Positions 28,906 to 41,649 of a stretch of 64,000 nt of DNA are shown in pieces (position 1 is the first letter of the stretch; each line of letters begins with the position of its first letter). The stretch spans positions 32,364,001 to 32,428,000 of the forward strand of contig CM022665.1 in the NCBI GenBank assembly GCA_012295275.1. The letters run 5' to 3'. Below the pieces are notes generated by a model. The model had not been told where the DNA came from, made no database searches, and worked only from the letters and a program-made list of their open reading frames with translations. Origin of the DNA: Chrysomallon squamiferum (lineage: Eukaryota > Animalia > Mollusca). A program made the position numbers and the translations under genes.

Positions 28906-29384
28906 AATCACAAACGAAATTTGCGCATGCTCATACCAAAAAAAAAAAAAAAAATTACAAGAAAAAAAAAAGCGTTAATCACCGCCTACACAGAGGGCGT
29001 GGTTACGATGCAACTTTGATAACTAACCACCCACAGAAACGTGCAAACTGCTTGGGAATTAGGGGTGTAGCAGAACAGAAGCGTCCAACACGAGGATGTT
29101 TCACCGCACGCCTGAAAAAGGAGGTCATTTGCCTCTTGTCCCAGAAAGAATAAGATGCTGCAGCGACCTCGAATTTTTCACTGCCAGTAGTTCAAGAGGT
29201 GCATATTGTTACGCGCTTCATGTCTAACAACAGAAGAAGTGCCATATACAAATTTAAAAAATCACAGTTAAATTAAAACATCTTTTCCTACTGACATACA
29301 GTGAAAAGATAGTTTGCTGTACACAAATTAAAATACGTATGTTTTTATTTTTGTTTATTTTACTTTTGTTCCATTGATGATCGT

Positions 29385-29813
29385 TGACCTATTTAAAATA
29401 TGGGTTGTGTTTGAATTGACACGTAACTTCCCGAATAAAAGTACGACCCAAATACCAAGCAAAACAGAACATGGGATGTAGGTCAGCTGATTCATTCACA
29501 ACTTGGTTCATTCATAATATAGCTGTTTCTCGATGACGTCACTGATTAAATGATTAAGGCAGCGAAGAGGATTTTGGCATTTTTTTACCTATATCAAATA
29601 TTTAATGCCTATTTTATATGTTGTAATTTAAATAAAACTACGTCCGACTGAAGATAGTCAACTGACGCGTTTTTTAACACGAGGCGCAGATTACGTAAAC
29701 TCGGGTCACGTTTGAAAAATGACTATTGTCGTAACCTTTTAATCTCTTTTCTTCTGTTTTTTTTTTTTTTTTTTTTTTTCTCCTTCTATTTTAAAATATA
29801 GGTTATTACGTAA
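29385..29813. promoter_or_regulatory. Cluster of RORE, CRE, D-box and E'-box motifs (candidate enhancer)
   Basis: TGACCTATTTA 29385-29395, ATGTAGGTCA 29476-29485, TGACGTCA 29534-29541, TTACGTAA 29691-29698 and 29806-29813, CACGTT ~29707. Confidence 0.45.
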
Positions 29814-30023
29814 AGGTATGTATTATGATTAAAATGGAACAGACAAAAAAAACGGGTTGCAACAAAAGTTGAGAATAAAGTGATCGGAGTTGAAATACGT
29901 GATCTTGTTTAAACGAAACAAGGGCCAGAAGTGTCATAATTGTAACCTCAGCATTCCGTAACTTTAAACCAGTGCAGATATGTCATGCTGATAAACTTGT
30001 TCAATATAAGTGATACAGAATGG

Positions 30024-30070
<47 letters not shown>

Positions 30071-30305
30071 AGACTCTGTTACACATGTGGCTGCTATCAG
30101 TGTTAGATAAGTAATAGAATAATAATATGAATGGAAAGTCAACAGCAATATTGTTTTGAATAGTAAACAAGCAAAAGTATTACAACGAAATTTAATAAGA
30201 AAAAAAAAATAAGAATAAGAAAAGAAAAAAGCAAGTATTATATGTAACTTATTGAAAGGGCTGTTAGTGAGAATGTCCTAAATCCACCACTTGCTGCAGT
30301 ACATT

Positions 30306-30354
<49 letters not shown>

Positions 30355-30573
30355 TTTATACATCTACATTTTTAACGGTTCCTACATTTTATTCTTCTGT
30401 TTCCGCAGTGTCAGACAGCGTGTATACTTTCGTTAACACACCGATGGATCAAGGTGAATGTAGTGCTAATGTAAGATATGTGAGCTAGCAGTGATGCACG
30501 AATTCTTCGTAAAGAGGAAATAGGCTTCACCTATTACAAAAGCCTAACTGAATACAAAACTGTATTTTCTATA

Positions 30574-31766
30574 GGGTAAGGTGGGGTAATTCCGTCCCCC
30601 TTTTCTATTCAACCTCACCTACAGCTTCACAGACAAAAGGAAACAACAAAATGGAGTGAATAATGTGTAGTATATCTATTTCTGCTTTAAAATATACAAA
30701 CACTACATGCACAGTGTTTAAACTTTTGAAATGGGAACCAGGTTAAAAACTTGTTGCCCTGTTGATTTGGGGTAAATCTGGCCCCCACATTCATGATGTA
30801 TTTTTGTCATCTGCTGATTATAACTATGTAATCAATGTCAATTGCTAATGATAATTAGTACTAATCATAATATAAGTCAGATTCAAAAGTTCAATAAACT
30901 AAACTTCTTGACTAATGTCACACAAGAATACAATATCTTTCAAGTCTGCACCAGCTGGGATTTCAAGGTTTGCGCAAGGATCAAGACAATACCAATTGAG
31001 GCACCCATCACATCCTATGAACTCGTCAGAATTCATTCCATCACAGAGTTCACGTTTTTCTTGTGTATCTACTACATCTCTGTCTTCTAGTTCAGACTCG
31101 TCACCATCAACGTTTTCTTTGACTGCATCCACCGGTTCTGCTGTAGCATTCAAACTGAACTGCCGTTTTGACTTTGGTATCTTCTGGGTTTTTTGTAGTT
31201 TTGCCTCTCTCACCTTTGCTGTCTCTGCCTTTTTTTCCTCCTTTCTCTTCTTCTCTGCTAACTCTTCTTCATATCTCGTGACACTTTTCTTCTTCTGTCA
31301 GTGCCTCAGCATACTTGATTCTCATGATTTTATTTGAAGTTTGACAACATGCCCCACCAGATGGACTGTGGACTTTCAACTGATTAACAAAACTTAAATA
31401 AAACTCGAGATGGACTATAGCATTTTCAAAACTATTGATTTCACCACCACATATGGGGGCCACATATTAATCAAGTTTCTTCTGCTGAACTTAATAATTG
31501 ATTATATGATTACCTGTTATAAGTTACCACTAACCTTATGTCTATAGGAGTAAAAAAATAACACTCACTTCTGAAACCTCAAAATGCACTTTTTTTACAA
31601 CCTTGTTGTTTTCACTACTTTCATGGCCACAATACTCCATGTGTAAATGGCCGATTACCTACATCCTTTGTTCTAATATCAACAACGTTCCAGAAGCCTG
31701 CACAGAACAGTATAGTGGCTGTAAGTTATAATATAACTTAGGGGCCAGAATTAACCAACCTTACCC
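30574..31766 (-). mobile_element. Non-autonomous (internally deleted) pogo/Tc1-mariner-type DNA transposon with transposase C-terminal PHD-finger remnant
   Basis: Imperfect ~26-bp TIRs: left GGGTAAGGTGGGGTAATTCCGTCCCC, right (reverse complement) GGGTAAGGTTGGTTAATTCTGGCCCC. TA flanks both ends (30572-30573, 31767-31768), and an internal TIR-like copy lies at ~30768-30786. A frameshifted minus-strand remnant encodes a Lys/Glu-rich stretch and FIGCDGCLNWYC..C..FLCD (PHD-like). Confidence 0.85.
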
Positions 31767-32419
31767 TAAATAATCAAAACTGCCATAGCTAAGATTTACT
31801 GAATCTCCGAAAGTGTGCTCCTCATTTTCCAACTTTTTCTCCTTCATTCTCTTATCCTCCCTCTGAAATACGCAGTCTGTAATTATTTTAGTGAAAACAA
31901 ACGATGCCGTATCACTTTTTCAAAATAAACAACCTTGAAGAACACGCTTGATGTGACGTTATTCTACAGTTTTCTCTCAAAGGTTTGATAATAGTAACCA
32001 AACGTACAATACTTAATGTTAATTGAAAAAAAAGAAGAAGAATGTGTAGTTCAAGACGATTTATCCGATACCTGTAATTTGTTAAGCAAATATTTTTTTA
32101 TAGAAAGTAATCTAGTGAAACAACCGACTTTCCTGTTGTGTCTTGGTTTGAACATATATTGGATGGTTCAGTCACTGCAGTCGATTTCTCGATCAACATA
32201 TTAATTATATGATGTATATGCATTAACATGTCTTATTACGAGTCAGTATATATATTCTCGTAACTGTATTATTATTAACGCATATCATTACTTCTGATGA
32301 TAACGTAATTCTACCGAAGAAGATGTGCAGTTGTTATATCAAAAGCGTTGTTGTTGTTAAAAAGGTATATACTACATTTACAAATGCTTTTGGATAATGC
32401 GTCTGCTAAGAAAGTCACA

Positions 32420-32515
<96 letters not shown>

Positions 32516-34793
32516 TTGTAATTGTGTTGGACGATTAAATGATAACGTTGTTAGACGTATTTAGAAAACTGTATGGATTTAAAGGATATTCACTATAAAA
32601 AAATGTAGGTATAACGTCAAATTAATATCTGTAACTGCTCAAACGTCCATGTCACGGAGATGACATGTAATAATATTTAGTGCTATTGACAATAACTGGA
32701 GGGAATTACACTGTTATTTCTCACCTATCTCTAGAAGTACTGTATCTGTTCTTTCTCATATGGAAACAGACCTCTGTTTCTGCAAAGTACTGATAAACAA
32801 GGAATTTCGACTAGGTTGTTTTTCTTTTTGCACACTACTGATGTAAAGCAGTAACGTAGAAAACATTTTCCTTATTGTAATTTATAGCGCATTTTTACTG
32901 TATTTCCATTTTCACTAAATATATGAAACATATCAGTTATATTTCTCTTTATACACAGTTATAAGGTAGAAAGATTCTATTTCATTATCTTTATTTATTA
33001 TAAAATTAAAGATATATCTAAGTGAGTGATTTGCCTCACCTAAGAAGTCATTCACTTTATCAGTAATAATATTTAGCATATTTGCAGAAAGGAACTGTTC
33101 AAAAATAATTTAAATAAAAAATAAAATAAAATAAAATAAAAAGAAGAAGAACAACGTCTTCGATGATGATGATTCGACATGTTACATACGATTGTATCTC
33201 TCTCTTTTTTTTCTAGTTTGTTTTCTTTCTGTTCTAGCTTGTATGTGGTTTAAATCTCACTGATTGATATGAACAAAACTGACGTTAATGTCAAGAAGAT
33301 AGTATCGTGTTGAGAAGACCACGGTTGCGGTGCTGACAGAAATCTGTTTTCTCAGATACCATAAGTAAACACTTGTTGAAATATCCTCACAGTATGGTTA
33401 AGCCTGACGTCTTGAATGAGTTATAGTAGTTTTGAGTCAGCGATCTGATCTCAGGAGTTCAGAATCGATCCGCTTCAGCCGATCCCTGACCGAATGTTAT
33501 TTCAACGAGTGTGGTTAAATGAGTTTAGAAATTTGTTTAAATATAAAATTGCTTTTATGCTTAAAGTGCTTTCACAACAGTCGTTTATTTATTTACTAAC
33601 CAAGTCTGTTTTTCAAAATTCAGTTTCGAGTGATTACCGAGTTTAAACATTGGTTTCAACAAAACGCACGCAAGAAGAATGTGTATCATTTATATTTTGA
33701 TATTAAATAAACCCAGAATAATTATATATATATACATGTATGTATATATGTATGTATGTATAAGATAAGTCTGTAATGTGAAGATTTTATTTTGTTCTTG
33801 TAAATTGTGTCCCCTTAATGATATTATTGTGTGCAAAACACCGCCGCAGCTTGAGTCCTACCTATTATATTCGAGCGATATAAATATAGGCTTTATTCAA
33901 ATAGGAAAAATAATATTAAAATATGAAACTTACTGCTTGAAATATAATTTCAATTAAGCTGTGTCTGTAAAAATATTAGACGAAGCAGCTTTAAAGAATC
34001 TCCGAAAATTGAAAAGCAAAGCAAATATTGTTTATTTATTTTAAAAAAATATATAAAAATAGATCTTTAAATATTTCTCGGAAAATAGAAAATAAGGTGA
34101 AAATAATTATTTTTATTTTCAAACATATGCTCCTTCTAGGACAAAATTTTTTTTCATTTTAAATTACCAAAAAAAAAAAAAAAAAATGTTTAGAACAAAG
34201 GCTAAACAAAAATAACAAACAAATAAATAAATAAATAAGACAAATTTAACAAAACAAAAAGAATCGTATCTTATTTGTTGTTTATTTTCCTTTTTGCTCT
34301 ATCTAAATTTAGGAACAAAAATAAATAAGGAGGTAAATCTCACATAGCTTAAAATAATTCATATAGTGCTGGTACACGTCATAAATCGAGAGGTGTAAAT
34401 TGATATGCTGCTTTGTTAAATTATAATATAATTTATGTTATCTCATATATTTTTTTTAAATTGTTGAAAAGAATATGGTTAAACAAGTCATTTAAAGAGA
34501 TTTATGCTTATGAAACAAGAGTTAAGGGTTCGGTGTATTTTCTTTTCCTTTACAGCTTCCGGGATTTGTGTGGGTTATTTTTTATGACTATTATTATTTT
34601 TTTAAATTAATTAATTATTATGATTTTTTGTTGTTTGTTTCAATTTATTATTATTATTTTTATTTTTTAAAAACCCTAATATATTACTAGAAGCATAATA
34701 CATGCACACACTCAGTGGACAACAAAACAGACGTAAAGGCAATGAACGGTGGGCAATACGTTATGCTGGAAAGTACCAAAGACATTACGAATG

Positions 34794-34834
34794 CCGGAAA
34801 TGATGCAGTTAACATGGAAACTTGTAAACAAACA
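34794..34834 (+). promoter_or_regulatory. Proximal promoter motifs of the Rab-like gene: ETS-like site, RFX X-box-like site, forkhead (FoxJ1-type) site
   Basis: CCGGAAAT (~34794), GTTAACATGGAAAC (34808-34821; compare X-box GTTNCCATGGNAAC) and GTAAACAAACA (34824-34834), 50-90 bp upstream of the ATG. Confidence 0.5.
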
Positions 34835-34884
34835 TTTTTATTTTTTTTTATTTTCTGAAATTTATAAAAATTAAATAATTAACA

Positions 34885-37800
34885 ATGGGATCTGGGTGCA
34901 GTTCAACGAACAGTCAAGGTAAGGACAAAATCTGGAATCACTTGGTTTTCAATTTGATAATTTTTACTTAAACGATCATGCAGAATGTCTAATGTAGGAC
35001 ACCAACCAATAAGTGCTTATTGCGTGACCGTGTGTTGTTAATGATATTATTATCCTTTTCCAAACACTGAAGTGTACAGTAAATTTTAACAGCAACATAG
35101 CAGTCATCGAGAAGTCCCATAAATTGAATTTAATATTATAAATTAATTAATAATTTTGTTTGTTTTGTTTTTAAATTTTCAAAATGTGTATTTTTGTTTC
35201 TTGTTTTCGATATGCGATATTTTATTTATTTATTTTCTGAAACTTTATATATATATATATACTGAGAAGGTGAAGGTTGGTACTTTTATTATTTTCTTAA
35301 ATTATTTATTTCTTTATTTCATTATTTTTATTAATATTTTGAGTGTGTGTTGTTATGCTATTGATTTGAAATATTGTTAATCCTTTACTTTATTTTCTTT
35401 TAGCATTATTAAGTGCTCAAGCACCACTGAACTCTAAAATTAGATCAGTGTCAGCATTGAAAATAGCCATAGTGGGTAAATATTTCAATATTTACATTCA
35501 CATTTATTCCGTGATGCATTTGCTATGTGTGTGTGTGTGTGTGTGTATGTGTGTGTTTGTGTGTTTGTATGTATTTGTGTCTGTGTGATTATTGTAATTA
35601 ACAGTATTCACGTGAACTTTTGCTAATTAGATACGTTTAAAATACAGATAATCAGAGTTTGTCTTAGTATAATGAAAAATATATGACTGAAATAGCTAAT
35701 GCAGTTATTTCTTTGCAAAGTTACATTAGCTAAATTAGGTTGCCAGTGTTGAAATAATCTTTTATTTTGTTTGTTATGTGATATGATGCAGTGTTTCTAA
35801 ATATTTTTGCATTATATATGTAATTTTTCACTTTCAATAGACTCTACATATTATGTTCTAACTCACTTAAAAAACCTTTTTCATAAATAGGTTAATGTTA
35901 TTTATCATTACTGTAGCAATAATTTGATCAAAAAGTAATTTAAATTAACAATGGCAATAATACTAATAATAATAAATTAATTTAAAATCTTAAATTGATC
36001 TGTAGATAAAATTATTCTGTGTTATATAAAAAACTTTTTTTTATGCCTTTTATAGGTGATGCAGAAGTTGGAAAAACCAGTATCTTGTTACGATACATCA
36101 ATAACCAGTTCAGTCCACTTTACATTCCTACAAAGAAACCGGTTGTTAGTAAGTGTAACACTTACACTAGGATTGGGGAGGAGTATAATAATCAACTGTA
36201 GAAATCTTGATATGTGAACAAAATGTCGAATTTTCTATGTTTTACTAGTGTAAATAAAAAACAAATACAATTATATAACTTTGTTTTCAGATTAAATTGA
36301 TAAAAAATATTTTCACTTTTCAGAAAATGTTGTTAGAAAACTAAACTTGCCATCACATTCATTGACATCACTGACATTTTGGGACATACCTGGACGAGAA
36401 GACATCAACCTTTACAGAACATACTTTAAAAATCTAGATGCAGCAATAGGTATAATTTTATTTATTTATTTATTTATTTAGGTATTTATTAGATTCTAAT
36501 AAACCATTTCTTAATAATATAGAACCAAATAATTTGCATTATAAATTATTTTATCCAAAAGTATTAAAAAATATTTTTGAATGCCTTGCACCATTTTAAA
36601 GAAAATACTCTGCTGCAGGGTCACAATAAATTAAAATGAAAAATGCTGAGAGTGGCTATTTTTAAAAATTTACAATCACATTATAAACTAAAAATTTTAG
36701 GCTTATTAAATGTACTAAAGACATTATATTAAGAAAAAAAGAAAAAAGATTTGGGTAATTTTTAGGTTCTTTAAAATCTTTCAAAGCATTATTGTTTTTA
36801 TGAAGTATAGAACAGTATACATTTTTTTTAAAGTATTCTTTTATTAGAAGTGTAATTATTTTATACAAAGGCTATTACATATTATGATAATTACTGTTTC
36901 TATAATTATATTTTTAATACTTACTATTTTGGTGTATGTAAATATTTGTATGTTTAATTTTTAAATATGTTTTTTGTAACAATGTATTTTACTGTTTTTC
37001 AGTGGTTGTTGATCTGACTGATGCAGACAGTATTTCACTGGGGATGGTATGGAAACAGATTGTTCTCAATCACACATTTCAAACAGGTCGTAATGCAGAG
37101 ACAGGTGAAGAAGATTCTGAATCACCTGAAATTCCTGTTAACACAGAAACATTTCCTGTCCTACTGCTCGGCACTAAATATGACATTGTGAGTATATCTC
37201 AGTCATTATAAATATTCTGAATTTAAAAAAATAATCAAAGTTGAAAACTTTGTGACAAGATCATAATTAACATTTCAAATTATTATTTATAAGTAGATGG
37301 TATATGGGAGTGTACACAAATCCTCCATCCATCGGTTTCCTAGATACTATGTTTTTTCTGTGAAATGTGTTTTGACTGTGATTTTTTAATAGATATTTCT
37401 TTTTAATAAAAAGCAGTTTATATTAATCCTTCTAAATGCTTAGACAGGGGAAGGTTTATTAATATCCAGTTTTTATCTCTTAGGACCATTAACAACACAC
37501 AAAAAAAAAAAAAAAAAAAACATTCTATGATATAAATTTATAAAAATCAGTATAATTGTTTCTTTTTTCCAAATATGAATTTTAATTGTTTATCATTAAT
37601 ATTTTAGATTGAGAAGAAATATAAAGAAGAAGGTAAAAACTTTTTTCCAACCATTCAGCATGGCAAAGTAGAACTACTAAATTCAGGTGATTTTTAATTA
37701 TTATTTCTCTTTTTATTTTTGCTTTTTTAATGTTACATTATAAGTATTACAAATAAGAATAATATAATGAGGTCTTAATTTAAATGTTATCATTATACAG

Positions 37801-40440
37801 AAAGTCTCTTGCTTTTGTTTTACATTTTCTGTCAAACCTTAATAATACACTTAATAAATAAATAAATAAATAAAATAATTTGTTTGTATGTTTAAGAAAT
37901 ACCTAATGAAGAAATGCAGACTGAAACACAAGAGAAACCTGAGTGTATTTGTCACATGGAAAACATGGCTAAGGAACATAAGTTTGTTGGAAGGTGATCA
38001 GTTATATCTATAAATATTCATTGTTATCTATATTTATATACAAGTACATATAATGAGCATGTAAGCACCCACCCATAAACACACACACATACAAACACAT
38101 GCATACACACACACATTCTCACATAATAAACATGTGAGCACTCATATATTCATGCAGCCTATACATATAATGAGCATGTGATCACATACTTTCACATATG
38201 TGCATACATAGTCCAGCATGAATTTTTGTCATTTACATTGTCACATTATTTCTTAATTTTGACTGTTGATGTGAAACCGTTGTTTAAAATTCATCATATT
38301 ATTCACAAACTTATATATTAATGTATTTAATTTTCTGGCAGAATATGTTGTTCATACTTTCAGTATTCATTGAATGATACTTTTAATGCATATGGAATAT
38401 ATTTGATCTGTCTGTATGCTTGTATAGATGGATGGATGGTTGGGTGTATGTGTGTGAGTGGTTGGTTGCATTTGTTCTGAAAACTGAAAAGAAATATTAA
38501 ACTATTAATTAGTGCATCTCTTTTTACAGTGTAATGGTGTCAGCCAGAGATGGTGATGGAGGCATTCACAGAGCTATTCAGAGTTTTGTGAGATATATTC
38601 TGGAAAAGAACCACATGCCCAGACGCTGGCAGGAACCAGTAACTTCCAAAACTTGTATAACTGAAGAGAAACCTATCAGCAAAGTGGAAAAAACAAATAT
38701 CAAACAAGTAAAGCATAGAGTATTCTTTTGATAGTATGCACACTTCGAAGTTACTGTTTTATTTATTAGTTATAGCCTTTCTCTGCTAATAAAATTAAAA
38801 GTTTGTCAGTAAATATGTTATTATGTTATGACACTAAATATGAGGGTTTTTCTTTTTTCCTCTTTCTTGTATAAAATAATGTCATGAAATGCACACAAAT
38901 ATTAGGCTTCGTGCATTTTCATGAGCTTTTACATCTGAATGTTTCTATTTATTCAACGATCAGTGTAATTTTTAAATGTTTTTATTAATACTTATTTGAA
39001 AACAGAACCAGTGGGTATAAAAAACAAATATATTTATTAAATAAACTTGATTTAATATGTAATAAGATAGTAATAAATAAATATTTATAAATTTTACAAC
39101 TAAATAACAGATGGATATTAATTTTACAACAGGTGGATGAGGCTTTTAATGAAAGACAGTTGGTGAAGCTTATAAAAAGGGTAGAATCAGTGTGTGTCTT
39201 GAATCGAAAATCTCAGCGTAAGTTCCAGAATCTCTGTCTTCAAGGTCAGCTGGTTGAGAAAGATGGTAACAGTCTGGAAAACTGCATTGGTGGACTGAGG
39301 AATCATTTGAAAAATTCACCATTTAAAATACAGGTTGAAATGTTTTCTTTTTCAGATTTCTTGTCTTATAATTTTATATGTGATTATTAGATGGAAATAT
39401 TTTGAGGTTACAGAACACATATGTGAATTGTAATAAAGATATTTTTAATAAATTCCAAATTAAAAATTAATAATAAAAATAATATTAATAATATGGAATC
39501 ACTAAATATCATGGCCATAATTTTAACAATACAATGAGTTTCACTGTAAAGGAAAATCCACTTGTAGGCAGTTAATATAGTACATTTCTTTATTCTTTAC
39601 TTTAGTTATTTATTTTGTTATCATTATTTTTTTTTAATTATTTTATCTTATTTTATTTCAATTTATATTATTCCTTTTTCATTTCATTTTATTTTAGTTA
39701 GTTGAAGATGCTACATTTTGTAAACTGCAGATCATATCAGAAGATGATGCCAGAAATATCAGTAAAGCTTTGAAGAAAATCATTAATTCATTCAACAATG
39801 ATGTATGTATTCACATGTTGAAATGATAAAAATTAATTACTGGTATTGACTAGTACTTCATAACATTTAAGCATTGACTTTCCTCTTTTGTACTATCAAG
39901 TATTATTACTAAATATTATGAGTTGGAATTAAGTCATTTAATACATTGTAATATTACAAAATTCTTACAAATATTTTGAAAAGTTAATAAAAGATAGTTA
40001 AAAGTGAATATAGTTAAAGATAAATTAAATATAAATTTGGCTTCATATTCAGTTTACTGCTGATCATAAGTTTTTAAAATACTAATGAAAACTTGTATAG
40101 ATTAATTAATTATTCATGAGCATGTTCTTAAAAAAACAATAAAAAAACAACAACATATTACTCTTTTTTTCAGTATGCATTATCCTGCAGAATAATTCTG
40201 CAGGAGTTTCCTATGTTGGACATGTTGCTTCTGAAGATAGACAGCAACGTTGCTGATGTTGTTGCCAGCTATGAGGATTCTGCTGTTAATACTGATGATG
40301 ATGTTGCCAGACTTAAAAAGAAATCATACATCATTGAGAAGAACCGGGCACTAATAAAACACATACGAGACCAGGCTCAAAGTCATGTGAAAAATGTTGA
40401 CAATGAACTGAAGAGGATTAAAACTGCATTTATTTGGTGA
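34885..40440 (+). CDS. Atypical Rab-like small GTPase with N-terminal myristoylation/palmitoylation signal and C-terminal helical extension (11 coding exons, ~478 aa)
   Basis: Hand-spliced GT-AG exons with consistent phases: 34885-34918, 35404-35475, 36056-36148, 36324-36449, 37003-37187, 37608-37686, 37897-37993, 38530-38707, 39133-39333, 39698-39802, 40174-40440 (1437 nt). The translation has all G motifs in order: G1 KIAIVGDAEVGKTS, G2 YIPT, G3 FWDIPGRE, Rab-like YRTYFKNLDAAIVVVDLT, G4 LLGTKYD, G5 VSAR. It starts MGSGCSS and ends KTAFIW-stop. Confidence 0.9.
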
Positions 40441-41616
40441 AAACAAGATTCACTGTCCTGTCACTCAGTGACTGGAGGGGGTGAAAATTTTCGTCTCAGA
40501 TTTTGGCAAAGCAAGAAATTTTTTGATACCTGTGTAAAATGTTGGGCAGTCAAATCAAAATGTCCCCATGAACCATGTTCACTGTTAAATCATTTGCTTC
40601 ATGAATGTAGAACTGACAGTTAAACTGCATTTACAAAATGAAGATACATGTTTTGCTTAGCAACTAAGCTGCATTTATTTTTCAAAGATATATTGATTTT
40701 CTGACATATCTTGAAGTATTTTAACTATATTTACTTTGCCAAATTTTTTTTTTTAAATACTAACATAATTTAAGTGTTTGAAATGTTAAACGTGTGTAAA
40801 CAAGCATTACACTGCTCTTCAGAAACACTCAAATATAGTTGTGTTTTGTCCATCAGACTTTAGTGTTTCCTTGTATCTGCTTTACAACCAATCAAACAAA
40901 AGCTTGAAATCATCTGATTTATGTCCTAACTCATGTTCTGACATAGCTAAACAATATTTCACACCATTTCATTATAAAACAATGAGACAACAATAATAAC
41001 AAATTTACAAAATACTAATAACAAATAAACAATCATTTTATAACATATAACATTTGTGAGATAAAACTGCATTTGTATAAACAAACTGGTATAAAAATCA
41101 ATAGTTTCTTTGACTAAAAGGTGTTTTTTTCAAATTCTAAGGCTTGTTCAAATGGTGTAGTTAGTTTTATAAAACTTTTAAAATAATAAAGAAGATAAAA
41201 AAAAAAAAAAAAAAAAAAAAAATACTACAGTAAAATTATTAGAAGTTGATGTGAAGTGCATTACAAATTTGTTGATGTTAATTCTTACTGGCATGTATTA
41301 TATATTTTTTTTAAATTTGTATTATATTTTTGAGAGTCAGTTCTGCTTTTCTTCTTTTTAATTGAATGTAGAAGCTGGGATTCTACAAAGCTGTGAAACT
41401 GGTATTCCTATCATTTTATTTAGTTTAATTTTAATTTTGTTTAATTTTAAATAAAAATATACACAGAATACTGTATTTTGTGTTCATGTAATTCATTGTT
41501 AAAGATTCTTTTAAATAGAGATTTTCAAATTTGGATTTCAAAAACAATAACAAGAAATGTAATTTAGTTTTACTGATAAACAAAAAAATATTTAATGATT
41601 TCTTTATTGACATTTC

Positions 41617-41649
<33 letters not shown>

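Noticed and set aside
29802-29815. Possible 14-nt + strand micro-exon (AG|GTTATTACGTAAAG|GTATGT) after a poly-T tract
   Set aside because: No + strand host gene is evident, the length is not a multiple of 3, and poly-T tracts are ubiquitous here.
40438-40623. TGA readthrough or selenocysteine extension of the Rab-like protein (next in-frame stop ~60 codons later)
   Set aside because: No SECIS or TGA-CTAG context is seen and the extension does not end in a prenylation motif. Compatible with chance.
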